In this document: piece after piece, positions 1-12,495 of the stretch
Position numbering within the stretch: the stretch's first letter is position 1
How the letters are laid out: each line of letters starts with the position of its first letter
NCBI GenBank assembly: GCA_964016885.1
Contig: OZ024741.1
Location: 383,160,001 to 383,224,000 of the forward strand
Direction: 5' to 3'
Length of the DNA: 64,000 bases
Origin: Eledone cirrhosa
Lineage: Eukaryota
Made by a program: the position numbers and the translations under genes
The notes under the pieces: model-generated
The model's input: the letters and a program-made list of their open reading frames with translations, nothing else
Database searches by the model: none
Told to the model about the DNA's origin: nothing

Positions 1-556
1 AAAATTAACAACACGAGAAAGAGTTACCTTGGGAGAGATTTAATTGTCCCTATATATTTCGGATTCAACTGGGTTTTTCCGGGGGGTGGGGAGGTTGTCC
101 GTCGGAAAGGTGCGAAACGTGTCCTTCGCTGTTCGTTGTTTTGAAACTAGGGCCACAATTAAACAACCGATCCGAGAGAAGCGAAATGAGATGGTTGGTT
201 TAAGTTAACAAACGATGCAGCAACACACGCACACACACACAGGCGAGACAGCAACACACGCACACACACACACACAACACAAACTTGTAATAGAAATAAT
301 AATACTAATAATAGGTTTATAGTGAACATTGTCCAGATCCCAGTGGTGTAAATATCCATGAGTAATCATGGTTACATTGACACGCATGGGCAGTTATTTT
401 CTAAACAGCGACATAAAAATAGCATTGCTCAACTCATATATATATATATACCATCATATATCCAATGAACTACAGAAAAACTCAGTCTATGCATTGCAAA
501 TATAAGAACAATATATTGAATAGTTATGATTAACATGATTCAATACATGTATATAA

Positions 557-605
<49 letters not shown>

Positions 606-608
<3 letters not shown>

Positions 609-836
609 ATAATAATAAATTTGAAGACTAAAATCCAAAGAGGGCTCGATAAGGATAAATATATGTCAAATATATAAGAACCGTAGAGCAAATATTTATT
701 AAAATAACAGATTAAAGTTTAAGCAAAGAATCGCTGCTTTCACCCTTAACGGGATCTTCTGAATCAGAAGATCCCGTTAAGGGTGAAAGCCGCGATTCTT
801 TGCTTAAACTTTAATCTGTTATTTTTTAATAAATAT
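606..836. mobile_element. Asymmetric palindrome between (TA)n tracts, family P1 (probable PLE inverted pseudo-LTR remnant)
   Basis: Arms 692-762 and 764-836 are near-perfect reverse complements around a 1-nt spacer; unpaired ~86-nt tail at 606-691; second copy at 61130-61502. Confidence 0.7.
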
Positions 837-849
837 ATATATATATATA

Positions 850-933
<84 letters not shown>

Positions 934-1078
934 GAGAGTGAGAGAAAGAGGGAGAGATAATAAGAACATGCGAAGTAGTTTCAATGATCTCTTCAGACAG
1001 CTTCTTACATAATAAGGTTACGTTCTCGAGGCAATTAAAACGATGAGGGAACTGACAAAGATGATGTTCTTGAAGCCT

Positions 1079-1429
<351 letters not shown>

Positions 1430-1514
1430 ATGCATATGTATAGACTTGTGTTCTGTGTATGTGTCTATGTGCCTATATGGATGTGTTTTTGAGTAATGAT
1501 ATATATACATATAT

Positions 1515-1561
<47 letters not shown>

Positions 1562-1689
1562 AAAGTTCTATTTAAATTGTTGGGATACAACAAGCAAATA
1601 TTTTTATAACTGATATAAAGCACTCGACAAGTATTTGGAGTAAATATACGATATTAACAAATGGAAACTATATTTATAAAACCATATCT

Positions 1690-1752
1690 ATTTTATTATA
1701 CATATTTCAAGGATACCATGTTAACTTATTGTATGCTTTCATCAGACAAAAT
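1690..1752 (-). ncRNA. Minimal type I hammerhead ribozyme motif (mirror copy)
   Basis: Reverse complement of 1809-1871 with one extra stem II mismatch. Confidence 0.75.
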
Positions 1753-1808
1753 ACAATATATACCAGTTTTATAAAACAATATTTATTTATAAAACTGGTA
1801 TATATTGT

Positions 1809-1871
1809 ATTTTGTCTGATGAAAGCATACCATAAGTTAACATGGTATCCTTGAAATATGTATAATAAAAT
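1809..1871 (+). ncRNA. Minimal type I hammerhead ribozyme motif
   Basis: ATTTTGT-CTGATGA-AAGCATACCAT/loop/ATGGTATCCTT-GAAA-TATGTA-TA-ATAAAAT: intact core, stems I and II pair, minimal stem III, AUA cleavage triplet. Confidence 0.8.
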
Positions 1872-1911
1872 AGATATGGTTTTATAAATATAGTTTCCAT
1901 TTGTTAATATC

Positions 1912-2023
<112 letters not shown>

Positions 2024-2063
2024 GATATATATATATATAGATATATATATATACACACACATA

Positions 2064-2110
<47 letters not shown>

Positions 2111-3543
2111 ATGTGTGTGTCAGTGTGTGTTCTGTACTCTATGAGACAATAAACCTGCTTTGTCTTAGCAAATCAGATCGCATCCTTCACACTAAAATCT
2201 TTAAACAGAAACTGCATTCATTTGATCTAGTCTTAGGTCCCCTGTCAGAGAGGCATGAGGAGCCATGTCAACACAATCCCTGTGTCTTGGAACCATCTTA
2301 AAGTACTAATTAAATCAATATTTAATAGTGTTTCCAAAATAATTCCTAGACTCTTAGCTTATGATGATATATTCTACTAAAGTGCTAATTATTTCAATGA
2401 AGTCAGACAAAGACCTAGATATAAAGAAAAAATTATTATTTCTCTACCGTGCGTGTGCCTACATGCGCATGTGTGCGCGTTCATGTATGTATATGTGCAT
2501 ACAATATGCCTGACTAAACGAAAGTATTATGGAAATCTGTGTAATTTTTAAAATGATACGAGTTATAAACTGGTAAGTAATATAGAGAGAATCAGTAATT
2601 GCATTCTTTAGTTTTTTTTTCAGATGATCATATTCTGCCTATGCTAATCAGCAATTGCTGAAGGTGAATTGATAAATGTTAAAAAGCAATTAAGATTATT
2701 CACCAAGATTGTAAAGCCGAGGAACATGGGAGTTTCCTTTGTATAGTGAAATCATTACATCGAAAGAAGTACAAAATATTGGAAATCTGTAGAATATCAT
2801 ATCAGATGAAAAAAATGGATACGTCTTATCCTATCAACACATTCCTTCAATTCCTTGAAAATCAATTTAGGACTTTGTAACATAACTACAAATCAAAACG
2901 AAAGCACATTCAATCCTAATGTCGGAAATACTAAAAACGGTATCTAAAGCTGAAACATCACTTTCAAAAATAATTATAGTCCCGAAACATGTTCATTCCT
3001 TTGTACACGGATTATTGTTAAAGGTTTTCTTCTTCAGATTGAATATATTTAAGGATATGTTAGAACAACAATATAATTTTGGTATTAATGTGAAATTATC
3101 GTTGGTGATGTTGGAATGGTATGGATCTGTAACTCCCGAAGAAGTCGTAGGGGCGCTTCATAGGACATTGTATGAAAGCTATTGGAAACTATCTTCTCTC
3201 TAGGCCTAAATACAGCAGATTTCTTCCAGAGAAGGAGAGAAGCTGAGGGAAAAGAAGTGCAAAAGAGAGAAGAAGAATCGTACCCAGTATTTGAATGTTT
3301 TTTAATCAACGACTCTGGAGTGACTTATTCTAAAAGAGGGGACAATGATAAGCGTAAGGGAAAATATTAGAAAATAAGGGAGGAAGATCCTAGCAGAATC
3401 TGAATAATTGTCCAACAGCAGAATTCTATAGTGTAATGGAACAAACGACAGTAGATGTTAGAGTTCTGTATTGTATGTTGATCAACAAGAGAGGACAGTG
3501 GATTAGTCAGGATTCTGGATTAGTTAGAGCGTTAGATTTGTTT

Positions 3544-3735
3544 GGGCGGCAAATTAGTATGGTCGGTAAAACAATGGATAACATCTTTATTGGTATTCAA
3601 ATAGGTATATTTGCCTTTGGAGTTCAGGTCTTCTGAGGTCGACTTTAGATTTCATCTATCGGCATCAATAAATTAGTTTACTATCATTTAAGTCCCGGAT
3701 CAATATTTGACCGCATGCCTAAGTAGAAATCATTG
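3544..3735 (+). mobile_element. Decayed tRNA-derived SINE (family S1)
   Basis: Degenerate match (GAGTTCAGGTC..GAGGTCGACTTT..TTTCATC..AATAAATT) to the copies at 5851 and 60253. Confidence 0.5.
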
Positions 3736-4616
3736 AAAAAATGTCTTCTTCAAACGCTACTGGTACTATTAAGAAAAGGAGAAACGCCATAATTTCCCAC
3801 CCCGTTCGTCTAAAAAGATAGTATCTTTGCATCTACTTCCAATTAAAAAAGTAAAACTAGGGTACAAGAGTTTTCAAGGGCAGTAGAGCAAGAAATATTT
3901 TTATATAAACGTTATTATTTCTCACTTATATTTCTTTGTTTAAATATAAGAAGTTTATGTGTGTTCGTCGGAAGAAATTAAATGTTAAAGTAAACAAGAG
4001 TGAAGAGGATATTAGAAATAATCAATAAGTACGGAGTGTAAGCAAAGAAGCAAAAATTCACGGCAAAGCTTATCTTTCGTTTGGCTATGTTTCAATGAGA
4101 TCTCATAGTCTGACTTAGTTTTCCACTTAGATATCGACTTTTATTTCTATCAACATTTAAGCACTATTTGTTATTTTCCTTTTTTTTTTCTACATATCAA
4201 ATAATATTGATGGCCAATAAAACAATAAATAATTAATAAATCTTGAACACTCCTCTTCTTATCTTATAACACACTCGTTACAGCATGTTTGATGTAGACA
4301 GACACTAATTTAATCATTCGTTTTTTTCTTCGTTCTTAATGTTGATAAACGGAAAGACATATTTCTCCAATATTATATCAATAAATATGAATAAATGTAT
4401 GTATATCTTACATATATCATTTTTTTTTTCGGAATATCCCACTATATGTATTTCTTGTTTCTTTTCTCAAAACATTTAGTGTATATATATATATATATAT
4501 ATATACATATATATATACATATATATACAAACATATATATATATATATATACAACTTTTATCGATTCCTATCGTGATTTTGCTATTTGTATTTATTATCA
4601 TTATTACTATTAGAAT

Positions 4617-5050
4617 TGGTGCTCTGAAATGCCGATATATATATGAATGTATATACAGTGTATTTTGCAATACACTGTATGCTTAATTATAAGCGTTTCG
4701 AAGACCTTACGCTATTGTTTTAGAGTAGTGACAGTCAAACTTACTTTAAATGTTCAGCAAACAGGGGAGATAAAGCTGACAGAGCTCTGTTTCGTACTTT
4801 TTGGTACTTATCAAACTAACTACTCCACCTGTTTGCTCAAAATCATGAATGTTTGATTCTTATAGAATTCTAGAATAATCAGGAACTGATTATACAGAGC
4901 GGTTGCCGGTCAAGCAGAAATTGAAAATTATAAGTGGTGCTCTGAAATAGCGATATATATATGAATGTATATCAGTGTATTTTGCAATACACTGTATGCT
5001 TAATTAAAAGCATTTCGAAGACCTTACGCTATTGCTTTTGAGTAGTGACA
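4617..5050 (-). repeat. ~318-bp unit in ~1.4 tandem copies containing a hammerhead motif (retrozyme-like or tandem pLTR)
   Basis: Direct repeats 4617-4733 and 4935-5050; hammerhead-like fold between them; TA-rich flanks. Confidence 0.65.
4756..4837 (-). ncRNA. Type I hammerhead motif with mutated core
   Basis: Minus strand AGCAAACAGG...AGTT-TGATAA-GTAC-CAAAAA-GTAC-GAAA-CAGAGCTCTG-TC-AGCT...CCTGTTTGCT; long stem I, palindromic stem III, GUC site; CUGAUGA core is damaged. Confidence 0.6.
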
Positions 5051-5122
<72 letters not shown>

Positions 5123-5129
<7 letters not shown>

Positions 5130-5400
5130 CAGAATATTAATAAATGAAGACATTCATATAATCAAAATATATGTTTTATTATATATATTTCGAACGTACT
5201 GTGGTGTTTCTTCAGTACGTCCTCGTCAGATAAAATACATGAATTGATGTATGACATACCTCATCGGTCTTGATGCTTCAATTCCAGTATTGGCAGTGAT
5301 TTATTACAACAAATCTCAATATTCATATTCCACAAATATTAACACGATAAACTTAAATTTAATGAAGAAGAGGATGTGTAGCGAGATACAGGTATAAGGA
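5123..5400 (-). mobile_element. PLE pseudo-LTR-like repeat (family P5), inverted relative to 15767-16044
   Basis: Reverse complement aligns along its length to 15767-16044; abuts (TA)n; contains a hammerhead. Confidence 0.75.
5174..5235 (-). ncRNA. Minimal type I hammerhead ribozyme motif, intact
   Basis: TTTTAT-CTGACGA-GGACGTACTG/11-nt loop/CAGTACGTTC-GAAA-TATATA-TA-ATAAAA: 6-bp stem I, 10-bp stem II, self-complementary AUAUAUAU stem III. Confidence 0.85.
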
Positions 5401-5850
5401 GGGGGTGAGTATGAGGAAATGCAGGAAGAGAATAAATAAATTCATACATACATAAATATATAAATGCATAAATATACGTGTTAGGGAAGAAAAGGGAAGA
5501 GAGAAGAAGAAAGAGGTAACGGCAACAAAGAAAGAAAGAATAAGAAATGATGTGTGACCGTTGCTTTCAAATATTAAGTCAAATACCATGACATTGTTTA
5601 ATATCTTTTGTATTTGGTTATGTTTATGCTAATTATACTAATATATTAAATCAAGATTAAACAATATAAAAATATTTTCTACAGTAATCAGAAGCATAGA
5701 TTAATTAATATATTTACTAAATATTTTGTTACAATATTCAAAAACATTTTTATCTTTAAAGCAAGTTTAAATACCTATTAAATATGTATAAGGATATTTA
5801 CTAAAACCTATGCATATATCACCATCATTATATGTATTTTATATGAAAAA

Positions 5851-6040
5851 CGGTGAATTGGCAGTATCGGTCGAGGGTCGGACGCCATGCTTTGACGCAT
5901 AGAGTTGCGGCCCTTGCCATTCTGAGTTCAAATCCCGCCGAGGTTAACTTTGCCTTTCATCCTTACGGGGTCGATAAAATAAAGTAGCAGTAATGTACTG
6001 GGTATTTGCTGGCCTTGTGCCAAAAGGTAGAAAGAATTAT
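5851..6040 (+). mobile_element. tRNA-derived SINE (family S1) with 21-bp TSD
   Basis: A box TGGCAGTATCGG, B box GAGTTCAAATCC, central GCCTTTCATCCTTACGGGGTCGATAAA; TSD ATTATATGTATTTTATATGAA at 5827-5847 and 6036-6056. Confidence 0.85.
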
Positions 6041-6818
6041 ATGTATTTTATATGAATGTTAAGAATTATTATCTGAATTATTCTATTTTCAATATAAAAT
6101 CATTTCAATTCAATGGTTGTCATTTCATTACAGGATCAATTAGTAATTATATTTACTCTTAAAAGTATTATTATTTAGATTTTACTTCTGTAATTACATC
6201 TTATTATATATAGTTTCCCTTTAAGGATTTTTCATATATTATTAATCTGAATAAATCATGTTAAATATACATTATCAATCCATTTGGACAGAACAAAATT
6301 ATTTACGAAGAATGTAAACAAAGGAGGATAACTCGTTCAACGTATGTGAACATTTAAGATAATTAAGTGATTTGAAAGCCAAAAGATATTTCAAACCGCA
6401 AATTGAGAAATTTCTAGTTACACAATGACCATTCTAAAACCAAACTTAGGATACCGAGTCTCATCATGAGATTAATTTACTATATAAAAGCGATATACAA
6501 TTTTTAAGGTAAGGCAAAATATATATAATAATAATAATATATATATAATAATAATAATAATAATAAAAATAATAATGATTTCTTTATTAACCACAAGGGT
6601 TTACATAAAGTAGACATTAAGGACAGTGAAGGACAATACAGGACGGTACAAATGGGCATTTCTGCGTGTAAAAAACAAAAACAGAGGATGTAACAAAAAA
6701 AACAACAATGAAAAATTCCCCAATAGGGGGGAGACTTCGGAGGGACATTTGTGGAGAAAGCCCAATGAAAAGCCACAGTGACCCTGACCACCAAGGCAAG
6801 TGTCTTCTCCCGGTTTTC

Positions 6819-9800
6819 CAGATACATACTCAGAGTAGGCCGATTCACTCGCGCCATTCCTGCTTCTCTCACCCATCTTTCAACAAAATGCTGGGAAGAG
6901 AGCACTTCCCTCTCTACTCTGATTTTCCTTTTCAAATGAAATTTGAAAAAGTCAATCAGGGCATCACCGAAGAGGTAAGTGCTCGTCTTCAGCCCTTTCA
7001 AACGTGTCCACCGTACTATCTCTTTAGCCATGGCCACCAGACAGATAAAAACTGCCTGCCCTTCCGGGCTAAAGGAAGAAGGCGGGACAATCCTCACGAT
7101 GGACTCAGATGATAGCCGGATCCGTCCTACACGCGACGGCAGGTGTTCGACATAAACCCACGAGTCAGCAATTTTCGGACACTGGACGAGTGCGTGCAGG
7201 ACGGTTTCGTCGCCCTGCGCGCATCTCCGACATGCCCGGCTGACGGCACCTCCATGCCTGTAGTATTTATGTCGAACTGGCAAGGCTCCTCGGTAGCACT
7301 GCTAGGCCAGAGATTTCTGGAAGTTGTCCATAGGCCCCGGCCCGAAAGTTCTTCCAAAGAGATTGGCTAGTTGATTTTCGTCGACGCCTCGAGTTTCCCC
7401 AAGTACGTCGTCGCTCTTCCTCTCCACTAATCCTCTATAGAAGGCCGAGGTGGAGTTTCCACCGATCACATTGTCCGATTGGTCGAGGGCTGTGAGCGCC
7501 TGAAGACTTTCCAGTCTCCAGGCGCTCCCTCTCGGTCTTCGCTTGACCCAGGACTGCAGTTCCGTCAAGGAAACGAGCTGGGGAAATACGTGTCTAGCAA
7601 ACGGCGACAACGCCTGATCACCGTCGAGGAAGAGTGGAGATGTCGTAGTCTGAGCGCGTGTCTGCGAATCATGAGCCACGGCATGCCCAGCCCTCCACGT
7701 AGCGGGTGTTGACAAAAGATGGAACACCTGACCATCGGAGCGCCTCCCTTCCACAAAAAGCAAAAGAGCAAACGCTCCAGCGCAGTCAGGCGGGGCTTAG
7801 GACAAGGTACGACGGTCAGGCGGATAAAGATGACAGACGCGATGTACGCGTTAGCCACCTCCGTTCGACCTTTCAGGGATAGCTTCCTCTCCGCCAATTT
7901 CTGGGTGAGAGAAGCCACCCTGCTCGTCACCTCGTCCCAGTTTTTGTCCGTCTGGAGGTCCCGACCGAACCAGACCCCTAGCAATTTAGCCGGTCCGTCC
8001 ATCCAACGTCCGTCGACGCTGTTGGACGGCATGGACCTGCCTCTCCAGGTGCCGAGCTGCAGGCCCACTGAATTTTCCTGGTTGATCATTGCTCCTGTCA
8101 CCGCTTCGTATTCTATTAGTGTAGTGCCGATCGCCTCGATGTGTTTGGCGTTCGACACCACTACGGTGACATCGTCCGCATATGCTGACACGGATCTTCC
8201 GCATCCTAGTTCGCGCGGGACGCCCCTCAACGGCTCCACTTTGTGCAGTAATGGCTCGAGAGTCAATACGTACAAGAGGGACGAGAGGGGACATCCTTGG
8301 CGGACCAAGCGCATGATGTTGAACGGTTCCGAAAGGTGACCGTTCACTCTCACCACAGAGCAGATGTCGCTGTGCATGGCGGCGATGCAGCCTCTGAAGG
8401 CGGGCCCAAAGCCAGCCGCCCTCAGGACAGTCGCTAGGTAACGATAGTCGACCCTATCGAAAGCTTTCGACTGATCTAAATTGATTAAGGACCCACCCGT
8501 GCCAGGTTACCTAGCTACCCTCTCTACGATGTATCACATGAGGTGGATATTGTCGTGGATGGATCTGTCTGGAATGGCGCACGTCTGCGCCTCTCCCACC
8601 AGAACACCAACGACAAGCCCCAACCTCTTTGCTAGCACCTTGGCCAAAATCTTGAACTCTGTTTAGCAGAGTTATGGGCCTAAAATTATCTATGCTATCC
8701 CCCTTGTTCGGATGCTTTCTCAGCAGCGCCAAAGTTCCTCGGCTCACAGAGCTGGGAATTCTCCAGTTCTGTTGCCAGTTGCAGTAGACGTCCGCCAAGA
8801 GGCCTCTGAACAAGTCTGGCATCTATACGTAAAATTCATAGGGCAGACCATCCAAACCAGGCGATTTACCCCTTGTACAGCCAGCCATTGCCTCCCGCAA
8901 TTCAGCGGCTGTTATCGGCTTTTCGCAACACTCCGCTTCAGTGGTCGAGAGCCGCGGCAGTCGGTCGAGGTAGTCACTAAAGTCCATCCCTCGATCCGGC
9001 CCGCCCCTGCCCCCGAGGAGCTGTGCGAAGTGTCGCTGAAAAGCTTAACACATTTGCCCGGGATCGAGTAGCATGCGCCCGTCGTGGTCCACCAAAGACC
9101 GGATCGTGGCTTTGTTGCCACGACGTGCCTCCGCCACCGGGCCCATTGAACGGCTTTCGTCCCTTCGTGTCTGAGAGCACGCACCCTAGCTCTGACAACG
9201 CAGCCTTCGTGCTTTGCATTGAAGAATTGGTCAAGGGCCAATTTTGCCGCAGGTTCGTCGGTCGCAATGCCTTTGCTAAGCGCCTCGTCTAATTTTCTAA
9301 CTAATTCTCCCTCTGCTCTATTTTCTCTATTGCTAAAGTCTTACTAAACCTAATGGACTATATTCTAATTGCTCTTTTCAGAGCAAACAACCACTTGTTG
9401 TTCACGATGGCCCCCGTCAACGCTCGCTTAACTAGTTCGCTAATCCGGTCTCTGTAGGCCTTGCACGCTGGTAAGGACGCGTTTAGCTTCCAGTAGCCGG
9501 GTCCTCGTCTATGAAGCCTATCTAAGTCAAGCACACAGATCACGAATTTGTGGTCCGTGTAGCTGACTATCTTGAATTGTGGACAGCCTATGCTAGACCT
9601 ATCTATTTCCCTACAAAATACTCTATCTAGATATGATCTGGATGACCATATGCGATTTGTCCAAGTTCACATTGGCACATTCGGGAAATCCAATCGGTAC
9701 CTGTCAGACAGTTCAAAACGCCTGAGCAGGTTGGTGAGGCTCTTGCACCCTCCTTCCCTATCCACTAATCCCACGCATTCCCAGCGTGCATCTAAGATCC

Positions 9801-10230
9801 CGTTCCAGTCGCCCACTAACACTAAAGAGCGGGACGTTCCAAGAAAGGTCTCCAGACGCCGGAAGAAATCAGGCGGCCCTGCTCCTCTCGGGGCATTGAC
9901 GGTCACTAGCCTGAAAGCTTGCCCGTCTCCGCTGGTCACGTCTAGCACCACCAACTTACCTTCTGGGTCCAGGAAGATGGCCCGTATGGCGAGATCCAAA
10001 CCTCTCCGAAAAAGCACAGCAACTCCTACCCCCGATCCCGGACGGCTGGGAGATGCGTACACATCGTAGCCGCCGAAGATCGGTGCGAAGGCCCGTGCTT
10101 CGGAGATTCTGGTCTCGCTGATGGCCACTACATCTATGTTTAGTGACCTGAGGTCGTTGAGCAGGTGTCCATGATTCCATTTCGACCCCAAGCTACGCGC
10201 ATTTATGCTGCCTATTCTGAGTGAGGTCAT
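6819..10230 (-). pseudogene. Disrupted ORF2 (APE endonuclease-RT-zinc finger) of Tx1 copy A
   Basis: ORF fragments with SINARSL, GDWN, RPITLLN, RQGCPLS, YADD and CRRC..H..C, split by frameshifts and stops. Confidence 0.9.
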
Positions 10231-10264
10231 GTTGAAATGGAGTGGAAAACATGGGAAAGACCAC

Positions 10265-12214
10265 TTACTTTACTTCTCGTAGGGGAAGGACGGTTTTTCC
10301 ATCCTTTTCACTGCTTGTGGCCTCCTCAGGAAGGATGTCCTTATAAATCCACCTGGAGAGTGCTTGTCGGAAGTCTCCGATGTCTTTGGGGAATTTTTTT
10401 TTTAGTGTCATGTACGTTTTCTGTGTGATGCGAGTGATTTGTATGTGTGGAGGTGGTGTGAATTTTGGGGTTGTTGTGTAGTCTTTTTCTGTGATGCTGG
10501 TGTTGTGTTGGATGTAGTGTAATAATTGCTTGTTGTTCAAATTTAATGCTGTGTAGTGTGTATCGTTTTGGTTGTTTTGTTTTGTTTGCGTTTGTTGTGG
10601 GTTTGTTTCTGTTTCGCATTTTGATGACTTTTGTGGTGTAGGTGATGGTGGTGTTGGGGTTAATGATGGTCATGGTGTTGGTGTTTGGGTTGATGGGGTT
10701 GGTGATGCTGGTGTGGATGGTGGCATATCTGTGCTAACTTTTTTGTTTCTTAGTTTATTTGTTTCCCTCTGTATTTTGTTTTTGGAGGGGGAAGGAAGAG
10801 ATTTTTTTCTTTTTTGGTTTCTTTTCTTTTTTCCGGATATCGTTTCCCACTCCTCGTCGTCACAATCTGTCTCCAGTTGTGATAGGCCGGGGAGTGGTAA
10901 ATCCTCCACAGGCGTTAGTTTTGGTTGTGGCGTGGTGGATGGTGTAGGCGCTGGTGCTAGTTCTGAAGCGTTGGGTGGTGGTGGTGTTGGTTTTGCTACT
11001 GTTGCTGGGGTTGTTTCTGTTATAGTTGCTTCTGTTGTTGCTGATACAGTTGTTGCTGCCATCTCTGCTACTGGTGGTGTTGATGGTTGTGTCACTGGGG
11101 TGGATAGGAGGGGTGGCCTCAACCTTTTAGCCTGAGGGCAGAAAGCCCTTAGGTGTGTTCCTTCACCACAAACGACACACCTAGGTCTTCTACCCTCGAC
11201 AATTACCGTGAGGTGGCTGCTGGCAGTGAGGTCTATTACCTCTGGGATCTCCTCAATGCTTTTTTGGTCCGCTTGGATCAGGAGCTCCATCCCAGATCCG
11301 GACCAGTTATCCTGCTTTTCTTTTGCTATTGCTATTATTTTTGTGTTGGCTTCGATGCCGCCGAGGACGGCCGCTATTAGCCAGGGAATTTCGATAGCCT
11401 GTGGAACGTGGGTCACCCTGATCTTTAAGAGTCTCTGGCCACAATAGCTTGGGACGAGTGTGAAGTCGTCACTTCTTAATGGGGCCATGGAGTGTTCTCT
11501 AGCCTCCTCTGGTGTTTCAAAGAACACGTCCACGGTTCCATACTTTTGCCCACGTCTGATGTGGGTTTTTCTTGCCCACACATGACCCAAAGCTTTTTGG
11601 ATTTGGGACTCGGATGCCCGTTCCACTCGGCGCGATTTTACATTTATTGTTCGATACGACACGGTGCATAGGTGCCGATGCTCCATTTTATTAGGTGGAG
11701 GGTTGAGGCTGACCCTGTACCCATCTTTCTTTACCATTTGTTTGGCATTTTCTAAATCCTCCTGAGTTACCGTAAATGCTTCGAACTGTTTTGCTACTCT
11801 GGCGAAACTGAGGGTGGTTTTTATAATGTCATTGTTGTTGTTGTTGCTATCGTTATTTGTGTTAATATTAATTTTATTTTCAGTTGTGGTGGTGGTGACG
11901 TCAGTCGTCTTTGGTGGGGAAGAGTCCATTTTGCTTGATTTCATTTCGAGATCACGAATTAATTTATTTTTTTCTTCTTTTGTTTCTGTTTTCGCGGTGG
12001 TGGGGGGGGGTTGTCGCGGTGGTGGTGGTGGAGGCTTTAACACCTGCAGTCATTGGTAATGGCGGGAAATGAATGTCTGCCTGAGACAAATTTAAAATAT
12101 TGCTACTGCTTATATTTTTTTTAGTGTTGTAACATTTACAATGGTGGTGTCGGTGTGAGGTGTTAATTTGTGAGGAAGGCTTTCAGCTGCTTGGTGCAGA
12201 GGTGAATTAGCCAT
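10265..12214 (-). pseudogene. Disrupted ORF1 of Tx1 copy A
   Basis: 457-aa fragment with CVVCGEGTHLRAFC knuckle; collinear with 33832-35827. Confidence 0.85.
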
Positions 12215-12423
12215 TTTCTTTTCAATGAAATTTTTTGATAATCATAAAATTTTAAATTTTGGGCACAAGGCCCCAATCCTTTTGGGGTGTCCTTTTCGGA
12301 AAACATGTATGTGCGCTTATATATAGTTAACAATAAAAATTTTCCATAAATGGCAATTTTTAACAAACGAAATAACAAACCTTTGCAGAGCTCACGGTGA
12401 TACGATTTACTACGTAGGTCGCC

Positions 12424-12470
<47 letters not shown>

Positions 12471-12495
12471 TAATAATAATAATAATAAATAATAA

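Larger units (their letters stand above)
6577..12423 (-). mobile_element. Full-length Tx1-type LINE (copy A), frameshifted
   Basis: Same 5' end (GGCGACCTACGTAG) and near-identical 3' end (AATAAAGAAATC) as 33623-39525; both flanks are AAT repeats on +. Confidence 0.92.

Noticed and set aside
30-165. Minus-strand GAAA-TATA-TA with flanking stems, hammerhead-like
   Set aside because: No CUGANGA at the required position, and the element is cut by the window edge
975-1005. Minus-strand CTGAAGA-GATCATT-GAAA
   Set aside because: Stem II is only 2 bp and stems I and III do not pair convincingly
2570-2670. Donor/acceptor-like sites around a 40-nt putative exon
   Set aside because: Stops in all three frames and no partner exons
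2919-3430. Short ORFs with a faint resemblance to an old LINE C-terminus (similar case at 58800-59250)
   Set aside because: Too decayed to assign by eye
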